Positions 12,301 through 26,237 of a stretch of DNA of 64,000 bases are shown here, piece by piece. This DNA comes from Catajapyx aquilonaris (lineage: Eukaryota): NCBI GenBank assembly GCA_000934665.2, contig JYFJ02001928.1, positions 1-64,000 on the forward strand. Reading direction: 5' to 3'. Each line of letters begins with the position of its first letter. The stretch's first letter is position 1. The notes beneath the pieces are model-generated. The model was given only the letters and a program-made list of their open reading frames with translations, made no database searches and had not been told where the DNA came from. Both the position numbers and the translations under genes were made by a program.

Positions 12301-15300
12301 AACCTGGACGAGCAGTAGATTGCTGCGAGACAATGTGTATCCGGCTATTGAATGATGGGTGTTTAAACCCTTCCTCCATTGAGCTCACGGAAGACAAACT
12401 AATCATGGAGTCCATCATCTTGCTCTTCCTCTCAGCAGTTGAAATCTCAGCCAGTAGAGTTCGAGCATCTATCACCGCTTGGTAGACACGAAGACTGTGA
12501 CCATCCGAGGCCACAAAACATGCACTAGGAGAGTTGGACAGATTGCCCAGGGTCGTGCTGGAAGAGAGAAGCCACATGTATATTGATACAAAATCATAGT
12601 CCCCTCTGAGACTACATTTGGGAACTGGCTTCTAAAAAGTCGTTAATTACGTTTCAATGTTGACAGCATTGAAAGTAATTATTGTTATCACTGGCATGTT
12701 AGTATCCAAGTTCAAATGCTGCTGTTATAGGTTTTGTCTGAAATGATTGTTGTACTGTACCTTGGGAGTAAAGTCGGAATCCAGGCTACATTGGAGAAGG
12801 CAGATATCTCCGGTGAGTTTATCCGAGCCAGCTCAGTCACTCCGCCTGACTTGGAAAGAGGACCCACAGGATCCACTCGCCATAAGATCAGTTCACTGCA
12901 GAAACCCTGTAAAACAACAAGTATCATTTAGTCAGCTGCATACCTGAGCCAGTTATAACACGCCATAACTACAAACTTACATGTTGCTTGACCATCTCTT
13001 TGACTTTGATGAGTGGAGTCATCCCTTCCTCGCCTAACTTGCTAACGTCACTGGCAGGAGTTGCAATCTCAGGAATGTTATGATGAGAGGTGGTCAGCAG
13101 CAAAGGCAGAACTGGGTGGCAAGTGATGTCGTTGACTCTGAACCTGTGACCCGACGCTCTGGAGGCGTGGCTGATGCTCAGTATGTGACTAAACTTGCTC
13201 TTCTCATTGAAGGTAATGTGCCACAAGTTCATGGTCCCATTGCTGTGCTTTGAGATCATCGAGATGACTGGGGAAGGCTCAGCTTTCCATGCAGAATCCT
13301 CCTCCTCCTCTTCTCCCTCGGCTGGTGCTGGTGATTGCTTTGATCCATTTTCTTCTCCGTTTTCTGCCCCTGGGCCATCCTCTTCATCCTCCTCAGGTAT
13401 TGGGGAACCACCACCTCCCCCAGCTTCATCTGCATCACCACCACTTGTTTTTGACATGCTGGCATTACGATCGTCTCTACCTTGCTTTAAGTCTGCCAGT
13501 AAGTGGCAGGTGTTGTATATGGCAAGTTTTGTGGACATGGTCATAGCATCACCTAACGGAAGGGCATTGGGGATGCGGGCAGAGAAGGACACTTGCGCCT
13601 GTCTGAACGAACCTGGGAAGAACTCGTCCAACCATTCCACAGACCTGAGGAACAAAAAATATGGAGAGATATGAAAAGTGTCGGCTACTCACGTAATCTG
13701 ATGGTCTCAGGATAAGTGTTTATATCAGCATCCACATTCTATCATTACAGTATTGGTCATTACACAGACTGTTAAAATCATTAAATATTTGCACCATGGT
13801 GGTGAGGCTCATACTGTTTAGTTATGATGTTCTAGATCATTCTGTATATTGCACATTTGATGACCTTATAATGAATAATTGATCATTCAACTGACCATAC
13901 TAAGAAGCTTCCGTCTACAGGGTGAATGGAGACTAGAAGGTCTGGGTTGTGGTGCCAGTCCCTCAGAAGGATCTCAATCTTGTGGTCCAAGGCATCCCCA
14001 AGAGGTGCCCCTGTCCCTCCCCCTTCCTGATTGAGCGATGCAGTGGACGTCGCATTGCTACTGAGCGAGTGTTGGCTGGATGCCTGGTAGCCATCTTCAC
14101 CTTCATCTTGAGATACAGCACGACTCGACCTGGTCATGCCCTTGCGTTTCTTGGGGGGTGCCACAGTCACAGGCTCTTCCTCAGTGCCGCCACCATTGTG
14201 AGCATCATGCTCTTCACGTTCAATCACACGGCGACTAATATCCTTGATGATCTGCTCAGCCTGCCAAGTAATAAAAGTATGTGGGTGATTCTCCAAAAAA
14301 CTTGCCAATACAAAACACACCTTTCAATAATAATAGGAACACCTTGTTTGATAACAGAGGTTTAGCAAAATCCACCATCAGGATAGTAACAAAGGTTATG
14401 GACAAAGGGCACTTGCATACCTATGATCAACATTCAGATAATTATCATGAAACAAACCTGCAAAGTGAAATGCATCTCCTTGTTGTCGAGCCAATGCAAC
14501 ACAAAGCATGGCTCTCTGTCTGGATCACCTGCTGCCATGCTTGGCACCAAGGGAATGTCGGTCTCTGCATTCACACTTGCTGCTAGGTGGAAGTGTAGTC
14601 CTGGCGTTATACCGGTACTATGGAACCCATAGCTGTGAAAATCATGCACACTGTATGTGGAAGGCAAGCTTGGAATTGGGGCTGCCATCCAGTTGTTATT
14701 GGTGGACTGCTGCCCTCCAGTCTTTGCGTGGCGTCTAAGGTGAAAGCACGTCTTGACATGTTTCAATCGCTGCATGAATCGATGCTTGTGGCGGTGGGTG
14801 CGGAACTTTGGATTCTGAGCTGCATGTGGGTCGTACTGCTGCATGTTGACCAGGCCATCATCAGGAAGCACAGTCTCCACCCACACGCGACATATGTTGT
14901 CTCGGCATGATGTGACAAGCATGTTTGAGACTGCTCCTTTTGGCATGTACTTGCTGGTAGTGCGCCAGCAGAGTCCATTGACAGCACGCGGGTGGGCAAT
15001 GTATACAAACCCGTAGCTCACCTCGTTGTATGTAGTCTGATTGAAGGATATCGTGCGATCCAGTGTTTTATTGGGGAATAACACTGCAAAAAAAGGCACA
15101 TGTGAGATAACCTGTCAACATATTTCCTGAGCTACATGCCATCATATACCTCTGTTTTTGTATTGTGTGGTGGTTTGAACAGAGTCAATATTCATGAACG
15201 AGCACAATTAATCTCACTGGTCAACTGTATGCAACCAAGGTTTTGATAACATTGCAGAACAAATATCAATACGTCTCAGTGTCTGGGTTGGCATATGCGC

Positions 15301-18300
15301 AAAAGCAGTTTCAGTATACAGTAGACAGAAGGAGGGCATCGCTATTTCCTCAGATCAGAATTTGGCCCACTGTGGAAGTCTCAGTACCTCTCCTTCATAA
15401 ATTCCCTGAATTAAATATTCATTGATTTCAATACTCACAGTATTTGTTCTCGTACCAAATCTTGACCAGCCTGTCTGCCTTTCCTGCAGTTGCAAAGAGT
15501 GTCCCATCAGGTGAGAAGGCAAGGTAGACCACGGGTGTGGCCGTGTGGCACTTCCAAATGCAATCCCATCCTTTGTCTTCTTCAACAGGTGGGGGCTGGG
15601 TGGTCTGTCCGCCAGCATCCTCCCCAACCTCAAAATGAACCCCATCTGCAGTTGCATTAGCTGCAGCCGTTGGAGAGCTTGGTGGGAGGCGGCACTTCCA
15701 CAGTTGCAGGGCATCCCCGCCAGTAAGGAGGCGAGTGCCTTCCAGATTCCAAGACAGTGTGTTGATGAAGCATTCGGCCTGGAATGTCCCTGTCTGTACC
15801 CAGCGGTAATCCAACAACTGAAAGAAACAGCATTGCATGAAGTGAGTGAAGGACCAAAGCACAAGCAAACGAATACAAAAGCTGAGACACTGCACATTTT
15901 GGCTATCACTGATGTTTGAATAAACCATGTGCAGTTGACCCCTGGTTATTCACACATGCAAATAATACTACGTAGTATTCAGTGTAACTGTCGTATTTTT
16001 TGATCAAGTAATTCATCTGCTTAGATTGCCTTGTAAATGAACTCATTATTGTTACTGAAGTGCAGTGGAATAAATGAGATATATGTGCTTGTGCTTGTAG
16101 TCATGGTTTATCCTTTATTGCGCCCTTCACTTTCATCTTTCCTCTGTAGTGATTTTTGGTTTAGACACTCATACACTGTGTAAATTGATTCCAGACACTC
16201 CACTATCAAGTTTTGCTCAGTAAACAAAATTACTCAATTGACATCAACAAATACTAATAGATGATTCAGATCCAGCATCAAATTATTCTATTTCTGGGTC
16301 CTCTGTGTAACCACACTAAAGTACTCATTCCCACAATTTAAATAACTTGATTCGCTCTAACAAGAGCACTGCACTCATCATAAACACTATGAATTGAAAC
16401 AATAAATTATTTCGACTCTGCTAATGCAACAGATTATTGAATGTGACCTTTGAGAACCTTTGCTGGACTGTGATAGCAGAGAAATGCTATGAAGTGGACT
16501 TTGAGAGGCTTCCTTCCTGCTGAGACTCTCATCTTCCAACTTTGTGGGAAGGCACAAGAGAGGTTTTGTCCACCTAGGGACACCCACTTACTGCAGGTCT
16601 AATAAGTACCTCTCATGAATCCATATGCCAGAGACCACAGACCTCCTTCCTCAAAGTTGGTACCACTCTTAACTCATGGAGAGGGAAGCAGATTTCATTG
16701 CAGTTTCACGGTGAATTTAGGTGTATGAAATTAGAGCTATCTGTCATGTCTATTAATCATGAAGATTAAGTGCAGAAAAATCCCTTCTTTACTACTCAGA
16801 ATAATGTTAGCTCTGGCTACTTTGGATCAATTTTCAGCCTAATATTACCGCAGTGGCATTATTATGCTGCAGATAAGTTAGATGATTCCCAACTTTGAAA
16901 AAGTAGAAATGTGACTCATTTTGGTATTTTAAAAAGAAATGATAACCTACACTGGCAAAAGAAACATGTCATGTATCGCTTCGAGACTTTACCGGAAATC
17001 ATTAGAAAATGTGATTTGTATAACAGTCTGCAAGTGATGGTGCTATGGCTAGCATGCTCATCTATTATTCCCATGAATGAAGGCTTACTTTGCATGTGCA
17101 AATAGGTTCAGAATTGTTACAGGTTGCACCTGTGTATAAGTTACAAGGTCAACTAGATTGCTTCCTGAATGGCGGCCTGGGCTGTGCATATCATTTGCAG
17201 TATGGGAGGTTGTATATAATGAATTACTGATAAGACCAGGGCTTTCCCACATTGACAGGAAGTGGGTGTCACACATTGCTGACTATCACCTCAATAGCAG
17301 ATATGTCCATTTCATGCTAGCTGACCTGAACTGCTCACAGAGCATGTTTCATAACACCCAGATATTGACACTTGCAATTGATCTCTACTCTGCCTCATTC
17401 ATTGCATGAACCCTGTTGACGAGAATTATTGTAACTATATTTTAATGGCAACGACAGGAAAATAATACCAACAAAATGTGGTCTCTAAACACGTAATGGT
17501 CAAGTAAACTTTCACTTTGCAGAAAGTTTTGTTGCTTGCTACTTTATAAGTATGTCATAAATCATGGGTATATTTCAGGTCTAATCAGTTACAAGATGCT
17601 AAAATTTATGATAATTTCATATCTACTTTCATGAACTGAAATTCCTATTGTTATTTACAAGCAGCCTTTCTCATTTATGTGCAATCACTTGCATCCCACA
17701 GCTATTAATACCTCTATGTTGTATCCCTTATAGTTACACTAATAATGTATACATATTTATATTCCACAAGTCTGGAAATGTATCCATCATCAGCATGTGC
17801 AAATCAAAATTTATGAAATAATGAATTGCCCAGTAGGAGTGGTGCTGAATAAAATCAGTCCTATAATCTAAGAACGAATTATTTTTCTCAAAGCAAAGTT
17901 AAAACCATGTACTTGTGTATTTGCACAACCTCTCTCTGTTCATATCTCAAATAATTTTAAACTAATTTTCCAATACTCTTTGATGTAAAAAGTAATAGAA
18001 ACTGAGAGAGATACACAGAATTTATTTATTAATTTCATTCCAACGGTTTTAGGCAAGCCTTAGTGAGTGCAACATACCCAGATAATAAACCTGAGCCATT
18101 CTGATATGATTTTTCAAAACACTACTCAGAGCCTAATCTAAATAGAGTACATTGTGTGCATCACCAAGGTGCCGCGCAGTCATAATGTATCCTGACTGGA
18201 GTCTCATTCATCATCCTTTGGCATATGACATGCTCATACACAATGAATCAGTACAAAACTCTGAAGCACATGGGATCTGACTCAGCTTCTTGTCAGACTT

Positions 18301-19542
18301 CATTCACAACAAATTATCAATAATTCCATCATAAATTAACTAACCTCATCAACAGCTATAAATAGAATACTCAGCTGAAAATGAAGGTTTTTTTTCTAGG
18401 TTTTCGTATGTTCTTGGTAAACAAAGAGGCACCAAGTGGTGGGTTGTCAGAACTTCTACTAGTCTAGCCCGACCAATAAATTACAGATAAAGAGTCGACC
18501 TACAGTAGCACAATATTTCCTTGCGTCCTATTTACTCCTCCAAAAAAAGTTATTTGTGCGTCAGATAAATGTTTTAAATTTTTAGCTGCTTTTTTGCAGC
18601 TTTCTGCAAATTACATTGTTAGCTGCCAGTTATTTACACAAGTTATTTTTTTGATTGTTCACTGGCATGGTAAGACCGCTGGAGTAATAGAAGATCTTTC
18701 GCTGAATTGTCACATGCCTTCTCCTACCATCATCAGCATAAAGTGAAGCTTGCCAGTTACTGGTTAGTACTAGAAGTGTCTTTTGGCTTCTCATGAGCAT
18801 GAAAATACCACAGAGACAACCAATCCAATAAATGGAGTGGGATGAGTGGGCCAAAACGGCAACAATTTCCATCTATCCACCACTTTAATAAGGGGCTAGG
18901 TCCAACAAAGAGAGATTGGTGATAAAGGAACTAGTTCAGTGGTGCTTGCATCCCATCAGTGGACTTCCCTTGGCCAAAAACTTAGTAGTCTTTACCATAG
19001 ATTTTCTGGTGCCTGGAAATTTTCTCACACCAAAGTGAGCAGGATAGGGAAGCAGCACATGACAGACAGAACTGCACGAGCAAGCGACCAAGTTTTCAAT
19101 TAACCCACTTCCATCTGGGAAAGTCTAATTGGCTCTCATGTGAGAATTTGTGAATTACAGCTGCTGCTTGTGAAACGGCGAGGGTTCAACTCACATGATT
19201 GCTATCCCGATGGATGAGCGGGGTCGGCTCAAATATGCATATTTGGTTCTCATACGCAGCCGCAATCTTCCCAGTGTCGGTGGAGCAATCGATGCAGCTG
19301 ATCTGGATATTGTTGTGACACACACCCGGGATGATCTGCACCCTCTGGAAAGTGCTGGCCAAGATCACTATGTTGCATCCGGCAGCATAAGCCTGCAAGA
19401 CAACGTACATGTTAAAAACGAGCTTCAATTGAGCAGATTGTGCCCTAGGATGTACCGTGAAGGGTATTCCCTCGACGCTTCCGACAGCAAAGCAGTGGTC
19501 TCCAGCATTGCAGGCCCCAGTCAGAATCTGGTGGCAGTTCAT
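335..19542 (-). CDS. DMXL2: DmX-like protein / Rabconnectin-3 alpha (WD40 + Rav1p_C), 3' end runs off the left edge of the window
   Basis: N-terminus [15 protein letters not shown]..., WD40 segments, [43 protein letters not shown]. Phase-consistent GT-AG exons (minus): 19456-19542, 19195-19392, 15439-15817, 14458-15083, 13896-14260, 12981-13644, 12761-12906, 12227-12557, 11135-11735, 10849-10998, 10024-10433, 8201-8630, 5407-5901, 4743-5344, 4174-4437, 3711-4008, 2002-3465, 1466-1713, 956-1174, 644-881, 335-533; C-terminal WD40 exons not in window. Likely co-orthologous to vertebrate DMXL1/DMXL2 (fly Rbcn-3A). Confidence 0.96.
7476..7535 (-). other. Candidate 60-nt cassette exon of DMXL
   Basis: ttcttgcatgttcag acceptor, gtacgt donor, phase 1-1 matching the flanking exons (8201 and 5901), no stop: (V)[19 protein letters not shown](S). 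Confidence 0.5.
10527..10675. mobile_element. Hairpin MITE (Tc1/mariner-like, TA-flanked) in a DMXL intron
   Basis: About 49-bp perfect inverted arms tgtactatcagtccaccaagaattgtcgcagcggcagcgcacgaactac, a further inner stem tacgagcacttc/gaagtgctcgta, TA at both ends. Confidence 0.85.
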
Positions 19543-20468
19543 CTTACGCTGATGGGTGTTCCAGCCCCTCTCCTCCGGTTACTCTCCAGAGTGCCCCGAT
19601 GGCCGAGGGAGAGTCAGCGGCCCTTCGCTGACGGATCGGAACGTCTTCCAGCACTTCGGAACACCAGAACATTATCGGCCATTTTTTTTACCATTTCGGC
19701 TGCTCCAGGCGGAGGTGGCGACCTCTTCAATCGATTTGTGGGCGGGTGACCTTTCAGACGGGAACTGACCCCATCAGAGGTCACATCAGATGGTGGAAAT
19801 AAACAGAAACCCGGGTTTGAATGATTGATTGTTAAATTAATTAAAATTTAGAACAGCGCCAGAGCTATCTGATGACAGTGCAGTGTAGGAATATCAAAGA
19901 TGGCTTCCAATTTTGTCGACATGTAGCAGCGCCTCTTGCGGCAATCGACTGAACTCTCAGGGAGGGAAGTTTAAACTCAGATTAATTTTCCAATTTATTC
20001 CTGATCCATTCTAAATGTAATTATCTACGAAATACAGGGCGTGACATCAACTATGGGCGAGGGATTGTTAAAGTCTGCAGGAAGGCAGCTGGGAAGAACC
20101 TCAACTGCTCTTCTGCAAGTGGAAAAATCATGTTCCGGATGTTTAAAATATTATTTTATTGTGCAGCTGATTGTGTGGTGGCTAATCCCAAAACCAGTTT
20201 GTCCACCCTGAAACACTTACCAAAACAAGCATTAATTAAAGGGAAATCAGGAATTTGCATCAGAAGGAAAGTCCCAAGACAACGCACATGTGGTCAACAA
20301 ACATTCGCACATAGCCCTAGTGCAAATCACATCATTTTCTGCATTTTCTATACATGTATCTCATGACCAAAAACCAACTGTAGCAAAGGCATAATACTGA
20401 AGACCATGTGCCTTGCATTCTAACAATTTCTTCATACTGCGATTCGATAGAAAAAATATTAAACTGTC

Positions 20469-23400
20469 CTACGACCCAAACCAACTCAGGCTGGCTTCAA
20501 AAAATGCGGCCGCACTCGAACGAGTCGTCGGCATAGGAGATGCATCTTCTTTGGTTTTTCCACTTGACAGGTCAAGGGTCACCTGGAAAACAAGAATGCA
20601 TATTGAAAACATGGCATTTTCATGGGTCATATACAAAAAATGCAGGCCTCTCACAAATTACACACAAAAGAGTCACTGAATTATTCACTGCAAGCTAATT
20701 GCAAAATATTAGAATCTAGTCACGTTTGATATTTAAACCAGTAGCAAACTTATTCGTAAGTAACCAAGGGACAAAATAATCACACTTCATACGTTCACCT
20801 GGTTTACCAGATTATGTTAAATCAGATTCAGATAAATCGCTGCTCATACGTTCAGGATAACATGGCTAATCATAGGTTTTTCATTAAGTTTTATTCACAC
20901 AACTATCTGATTTTTAACATTAGTGTTGCATAAGAATACTGTCAGCCTAAAAAATGTTAGCAAATCACGTTACTGCAAAACATTAATTATCACACCCAAC
21001 TCACTTATCACGAACACTTCCTCAACGTTCTGAAAAAGGGCGAACATTACTGGAAAATTGCAATGAGACAGATGGTGAGAAGACCCTACCTTTGGTTCAT
21101 CCATCCTTTTCGACTTGACCTCACGTCCAGACGGCAAGGTTGCGAGAGGCAGAAGGGGAAACCAAGGCACTCCAGTGGACACTGCCAAAATGTTGGGCTT
21201 GTCCGGGGCGCTACCAGATTGCGGACGTGTTGCAGCCAGCAGGGCAAGCTTCTCAGGTGGTATCAATATGCCTACCACCAGCTGTAAAGACAACTTTAAA
21301 GTGGGAGGAATCCAGGAGTAGCCCATCTACATACCTGTGTGCGCTGTATGCATTTCTTCAGGTTCTGCTGAAGGTAAGGTGAAAATACGTCCAGGTCAAA
21401 TGGATCCACTTTGGCCTCAAACCTCTCACAGAGGGTCTGAATTCTCTGAGAGCCGTTCCTCACATAAAAGAGCTGGTCCAAGTAGCGCACGTCAAACAAA
21501 AGTTGCAACGCCTGGGCCTGCATCTGCACCTCCAAAGTCTCGTAGTGAGACAGCAGCCGGTCCAGCAACTCCATGGTTAAGCTGGCCTGGATTTTTCTGC
21601 AAGCAAGACATGTCACTTTCTTCCCTTGAAGTCAACACCATATGGTTTACAACTTGTAAGTATTAATTGTGATGTGCCTTACCTGGGAAGTGCATGGGGA
21701 ATGACCTTGTTCACCTCCCTAACTGTGTAGAAAAGTGCGGAGGTCAGGGAAAGAGAGATGTGGGCAGGGATGCGAATAGACGATTTCACACTTCCTTCCT
21801 CTCCTTCCTCCTGAATCTGAACAACCTCCCACTCCTGGAAGGAATTTTTTTGCCAAGATGACATGTCTGGAATTGTACTTTCACTTCAATACTTACAGCC
21901 ATCATTGTTAAGGTAGCCTCAAGCGTTGTGCTGAGTCCTTGCACCAAACGGGCATGTCCAGATTCAACCACGCCTGACTTCCACTTCTCGTACATCACGC
22001 TGCTACAGTCACGGAACTCAGACTTGAGCCTAGTCCACTCAGGCAAGTCGGTCTTTGCATCCAACGAGGCACATGTTTGCAAGTGCAGGCACAGTTCGCA
22101 AGTAGCTAACAAGAAACGTGAGAGGAGCAGCAACTTGGCCGGATCTGATGACTTCAATTCTCCAGATTCCGACTGGACAAACTGGAGTAGACTGGACATT
22201 GCTTCTGTTACGCAAGCCCTCACTTGTGATCGAACCTGGGCTGCATCAGCATACTTGTCAAATGGTGGGGCATGTTCAGTAATAGTCAAATCAAAAGGGG
22301 ATGAATCTGACTCCGTATATGCAGACATGTCGTCAAGGAGCACTTTCAATTTGGTGTCCAGTGTGGTACACAGCGACTGAACACGTGGCGAGTACCCTTT
22401 AGTTTTCATCATTAGACCAGCTGACTTACGACTTGACATCCAACCAGGGCTCTCGGGTAAGTCTGAATCTGATTCAGACCATACAAACCACTGCAAGTCA
22501 TGTTCAGGTTGCGTAGTTTCACGCTGTGCCTCACGCATTGACTTCACAATTGCACTTCTCATACTATCGTCAATTAACCTGACTGACGCTTTGACAATTT
22601 CCAACACTCTTTGTGTAACACTCGAACGAAAGAACTCATCCCATACATTCACCTCGTTGTCAGATTCAGACAAGGCTTCCCACACTGTATCACGAACTGC
22701 TGATAAGCCACGTGCAGTGTCGACATACCGCAGCAGCTGAGGAAGTTCAGCATCCAGTTCAGACTTGAGGTTGGACAGCCATTGTTTAAGATGAGCCGAA
22801 TCAATCAAAGCATCAGGTGGAAGTGATGGCCTGTACTCAAGCACAACATTAGGCAGATGTTGTGGTCTCCATGACTCCAAGGCACCCAACAACGAGAGTA
22901 CTGGTGACGAATCAGCTCCCGAAACCAACTTCAAAAGGTTGGAAATAGCACCTGTTTGAAACACACGTGTCAAATGCACCGTGTGTGCAATAACCGCAGC
23001 CATTTCAGATGCTTGCATCCGAATACCAGCATCCGACTTGAGCACATGCCGCACCGCTTCAGTCCGTGACGGCAAAAATACGTCTCTGAACACATCATCA
23101 GGTGATGCTCCCTTCAGTAAAGCCACGGCTGACATGCAACCAGTCACCGAATCCTCTTCGGCATGTCCCACCTGCATCTGCACTCTGCAACCCTGAAGCA
23201 CCGCATCGCCAAAATGCTCCAGCTGACTCCACTGCCGTCCCAGCACAGGGAAAATCCGGGTAAGCGGCAACTCGCCCCAAGACTCCAGGGTGAGACCGGT
23301 GTGTACATGACGTGCCAGCAAATACAGTTGGGATGCCTAGAAGGTGATGGCGATTAGTCGCTTAAACTTATTCAGTGCTGGGGCATACCTGGAGGTAATC

Positions 23401-23787
23401 CAATCGCTCGACAGCAGCCCATATCCTCTCGGGGATATCAAGGAGCAGCCTGATCCTGACAGCCACGGAGTAGTACCTCCCTTTGTCCGCTCGCCTTGCC
23501 CCTTCCGATGCGGCACTCCCTAGTCCGCCAGCCCCCAGCAGCTTCCCTTCCACCTGCCCCAGATGCACGATGAGACTGTTGGCCTGATCCCGCATGTCGC
23601 TGATGGTGTCTGCGGCCTCTATCAGATCCCTGTACCTCTCCCCGACGGTGACCCGCAGCTCCTCCTTCTTCCTCTCCACCTCCGACCGCAGCCTCTTCCT
23701 CACCTCCTGCACCTCAGCCACGGACCGCTCCTCCAGCAGCCTCTGGGGGTCCAGCCCCAGCAGATCAGACGGATGCAGCCACGACAT
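20469..23787 (-). CDS. COG1: Conserved oligomeric Golgi complex subunit 1
   Basis: Vps51-like N-terminus EVERKKEELRVTVGERYRDLIEAADTISDM; ALQLLFDVRYL and VDPFDLDVFSPYL motifs. Exons: 23389-23787, 21897-23336, 21683-21834, 21335-21596, 21090-21281, 20469-20582, phases consistent. Confidence 0.95.
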
Positions 23788-24195
23788 GACCTACAACATG
23801 TGTCAACGGCCGACACTGAAACTATATGGAAAGCGCAATATTAGTACTGCACACCACTGCTCTGTGTTTACACCGCTTATTAACATATGTACCATTGACG
23901 TAATGCGATTCATGAGCATCTAATGGCCCAGTTAAACCATGGAAAACATTAATATGAGGCCAACTCACCTCCTTCCTGACAAGTAAAAGAGATGCAAAAA
24001 TTGACTGAAATGAAGGGCTGCCAACGCGGACTGGAACGACTCCTCTCCCGGGAAAAAGTCGCGGTAGTTTTGCGATACATGAGGCGGGATATTCAATTGA
24101 CTTCAACACGGACGATGACTACAATGACGAGTAACAAATGACTTGAGTAAGAAAGAAATGAATGGCAAATATTAACTTGCTTTATTGCCATGCAG

Positions 24196-24577
24196 GGACA
24201 AAGGTTGAGAACTTGGGAAGTGCTGTTCTGACTTGAAGCTAAAGGAGGCTGAAGACGCACTTGCCTTGTCTTCGACATCAGAACGAGTCTGCAGCCTAAT
24301 GGATCAGCTATGTCAGGCCAACCTCCGTCTGGATGAAGTGGAAAGTGATTGAAGCCCACCAGAGAACTGAGGAGGCACGTATTCAGTTGGCTGCTGCTGA
24401 TGCAGTTGCCCCGGAAGCTCAGCACTCACTTGTCAGTAGAGTGCATTAAGAAGGAAGCAGAAGGATGACATGAAAAAGAAAATGGACCTGCTTTCTAAGG
24501 ACAAGGAAGCAGTAGAGGAGAACATGCGCTTGAGTGAGGAGGCTAAGGAGAAGCTGCGGGCGGACCTCAGTAAATAA
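24196..24577 (+). pseudogene. Decayed coiled-coil coding fragment (frameshifts/stops), parent unknown
   Basis: After a catgcag acceptor-like site, successive frames read LKLKEAEDALALSSTSERVCSLMDQLCQANLRLDEVESD*, EAHQRTEEARIQLAAADAVAPEAQHSL, RKQKDDMKKKMDLLSKDKEAVEENMRLSEEAKEKLRADLSK*. Confidence 0.4.
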
Positions 24578-25015
24578 GGTGGTTGCAAATCACAGAGGTG
24601 ATTTTAAAATCTCGTGCCGCACGTACTGCATGATTCATATGCACACAAATATTGCAACACAATATCATACACTTCCAAACCAACCTATGTAAGAAATTTC
24701 ATTAATTTTTATTGATACTGAATCTTGGTATTTCAAAACTGTTTTGAAAACTGTGACTGGCTCTCCTGTAAAATTTAGAAACATTGACTTAGCAACTTCT
24801 GATGTGTCTCACAACGTCATAGATGCTTGAATATAATTTTTTAACATTTTACCACATTGTCATAAAATAGCTCCAATTGCTAATACATTAATGAGGAAAT
24901 GTTTAAATATTTGCTGTGAATATTGCCATGTGCACTTACACAATCACAGTAACGAGATAGAACCACTTAAAATATGACCTGATGTTGGATGAATCATGGC
25001 ATAGTTGTTACTAGA

Positions 25016-25305
25016 GGCTCATTCACACGAGCGACCCTTGCCCAGGAATTCCTGGCCAATACGGAAACGTGGCCAGCGGCTGGCCAGGAATCGAAAGTAC
25101 CAGTTCACACGAGCGACGTTGTTGGGGGACAAGTGAGCATCGCGAGGCGCTTGGGAGTGCCGCTACTGCGCATGCGTTACTCCTGGTTACCTTCGCTGGC
25201 CATGGCTAGCCATCTTCCGGAGCATGGCCAGCTCAGCCACCTTTTCCTGGCTCGGGTGGCAACCTTCCCTTCCTGGCCGAACCTGGCCACTAGCGTGATT
25301 GGGCT
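25016..25305. mobile_element. Probable PIF/Harbinger-type non-autonomous element (degenerate)
   Basis: Left end ggctcattcacacgagcgac, internal repeat ttcacacgagcgac, imperfect right end tagcgtgattgggct; GC-rich island with repeated tggcca in AT-rich flanks. Confidence 0.45.
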
Positions 25306-26237
25306 TTCAATGCTTTGGAGATTGCACATGTGCTGATAAAAGTAATGATTATAGAGATGGTGACAATGCAATCTGATAACTTGACCAACTTAAGCATAAG
25401 ACCAAAACTGCTTATTATTCAAAATAATTATGCAATAATGTAGTGTGCATGCTGTGCCTTCACTTGCTCATGCATCTGAAAGTGAAGGAGCCTGCTATCG
25501 TACCGGTACTCTTAATGTCATGATCCGAGTCTTTCAATAATATTACGCCCTGGTCCTATTTTTAAAATAATAACATGGGTGTTATTGTGAACAATGGGAT
25601 AACTGGCCTAGAGGAGTTACTGCAAGAAATGCAGAGGGAGGGGGTGAGAATGGATATTTTTTTGCAAGCCAAATCCTAAAACCGAAAACAAACCCTGCTT
25701 CTCGCGACCTTGTGATGCTATCTGAAGGACTTGGACCATCATTTTTAGGCGTTTCTTCAATTATTCAAAGGTGATTAAAATCTACTGACTCTTTCACAAT
25801 TAACCCAGCATATTATTAATTGTGCAATAAGAACAGAATATGCCTTAGAGGCTCTTGAAATGCTTCTAAATCTGGGCCAAGTGACGTAGTAAACTTTCAG
25901 GTAGTCGTAGCCCCAGTTACTTTAATTCCCATTTTAGCTCCTGACTTAACCGAAATCGTCACATTACCAGCATAAATGTCATACTCAGGAGAGCATCAAC
26001 CATGAAATGACCTTGCATGCAATATTTGTTGCCTTATTGTTGCCTTCTGATGCGGCTTGGAACATTTAATTTATTTCAAGACTGGACTGAGATGAAACAA
26101 TAAAAATACAAAGCCTGAAGAACACATGATATGATCCTTACACCTCTGCAACAATACTGTGGTGTATCTGGCCTGTAAAGCAGGTAAATAAAATGCCAGA
26201 AATGACCAAGTCCTTTTTTTTATATCACCACAAGTTT

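Noticed and set aside
16000..19100. Possible nested or decayed gene in the 3.4-kb DMXL intron 2
   Set aside because: Short ORFs with no recognisable motifs and no consistent splice chain.
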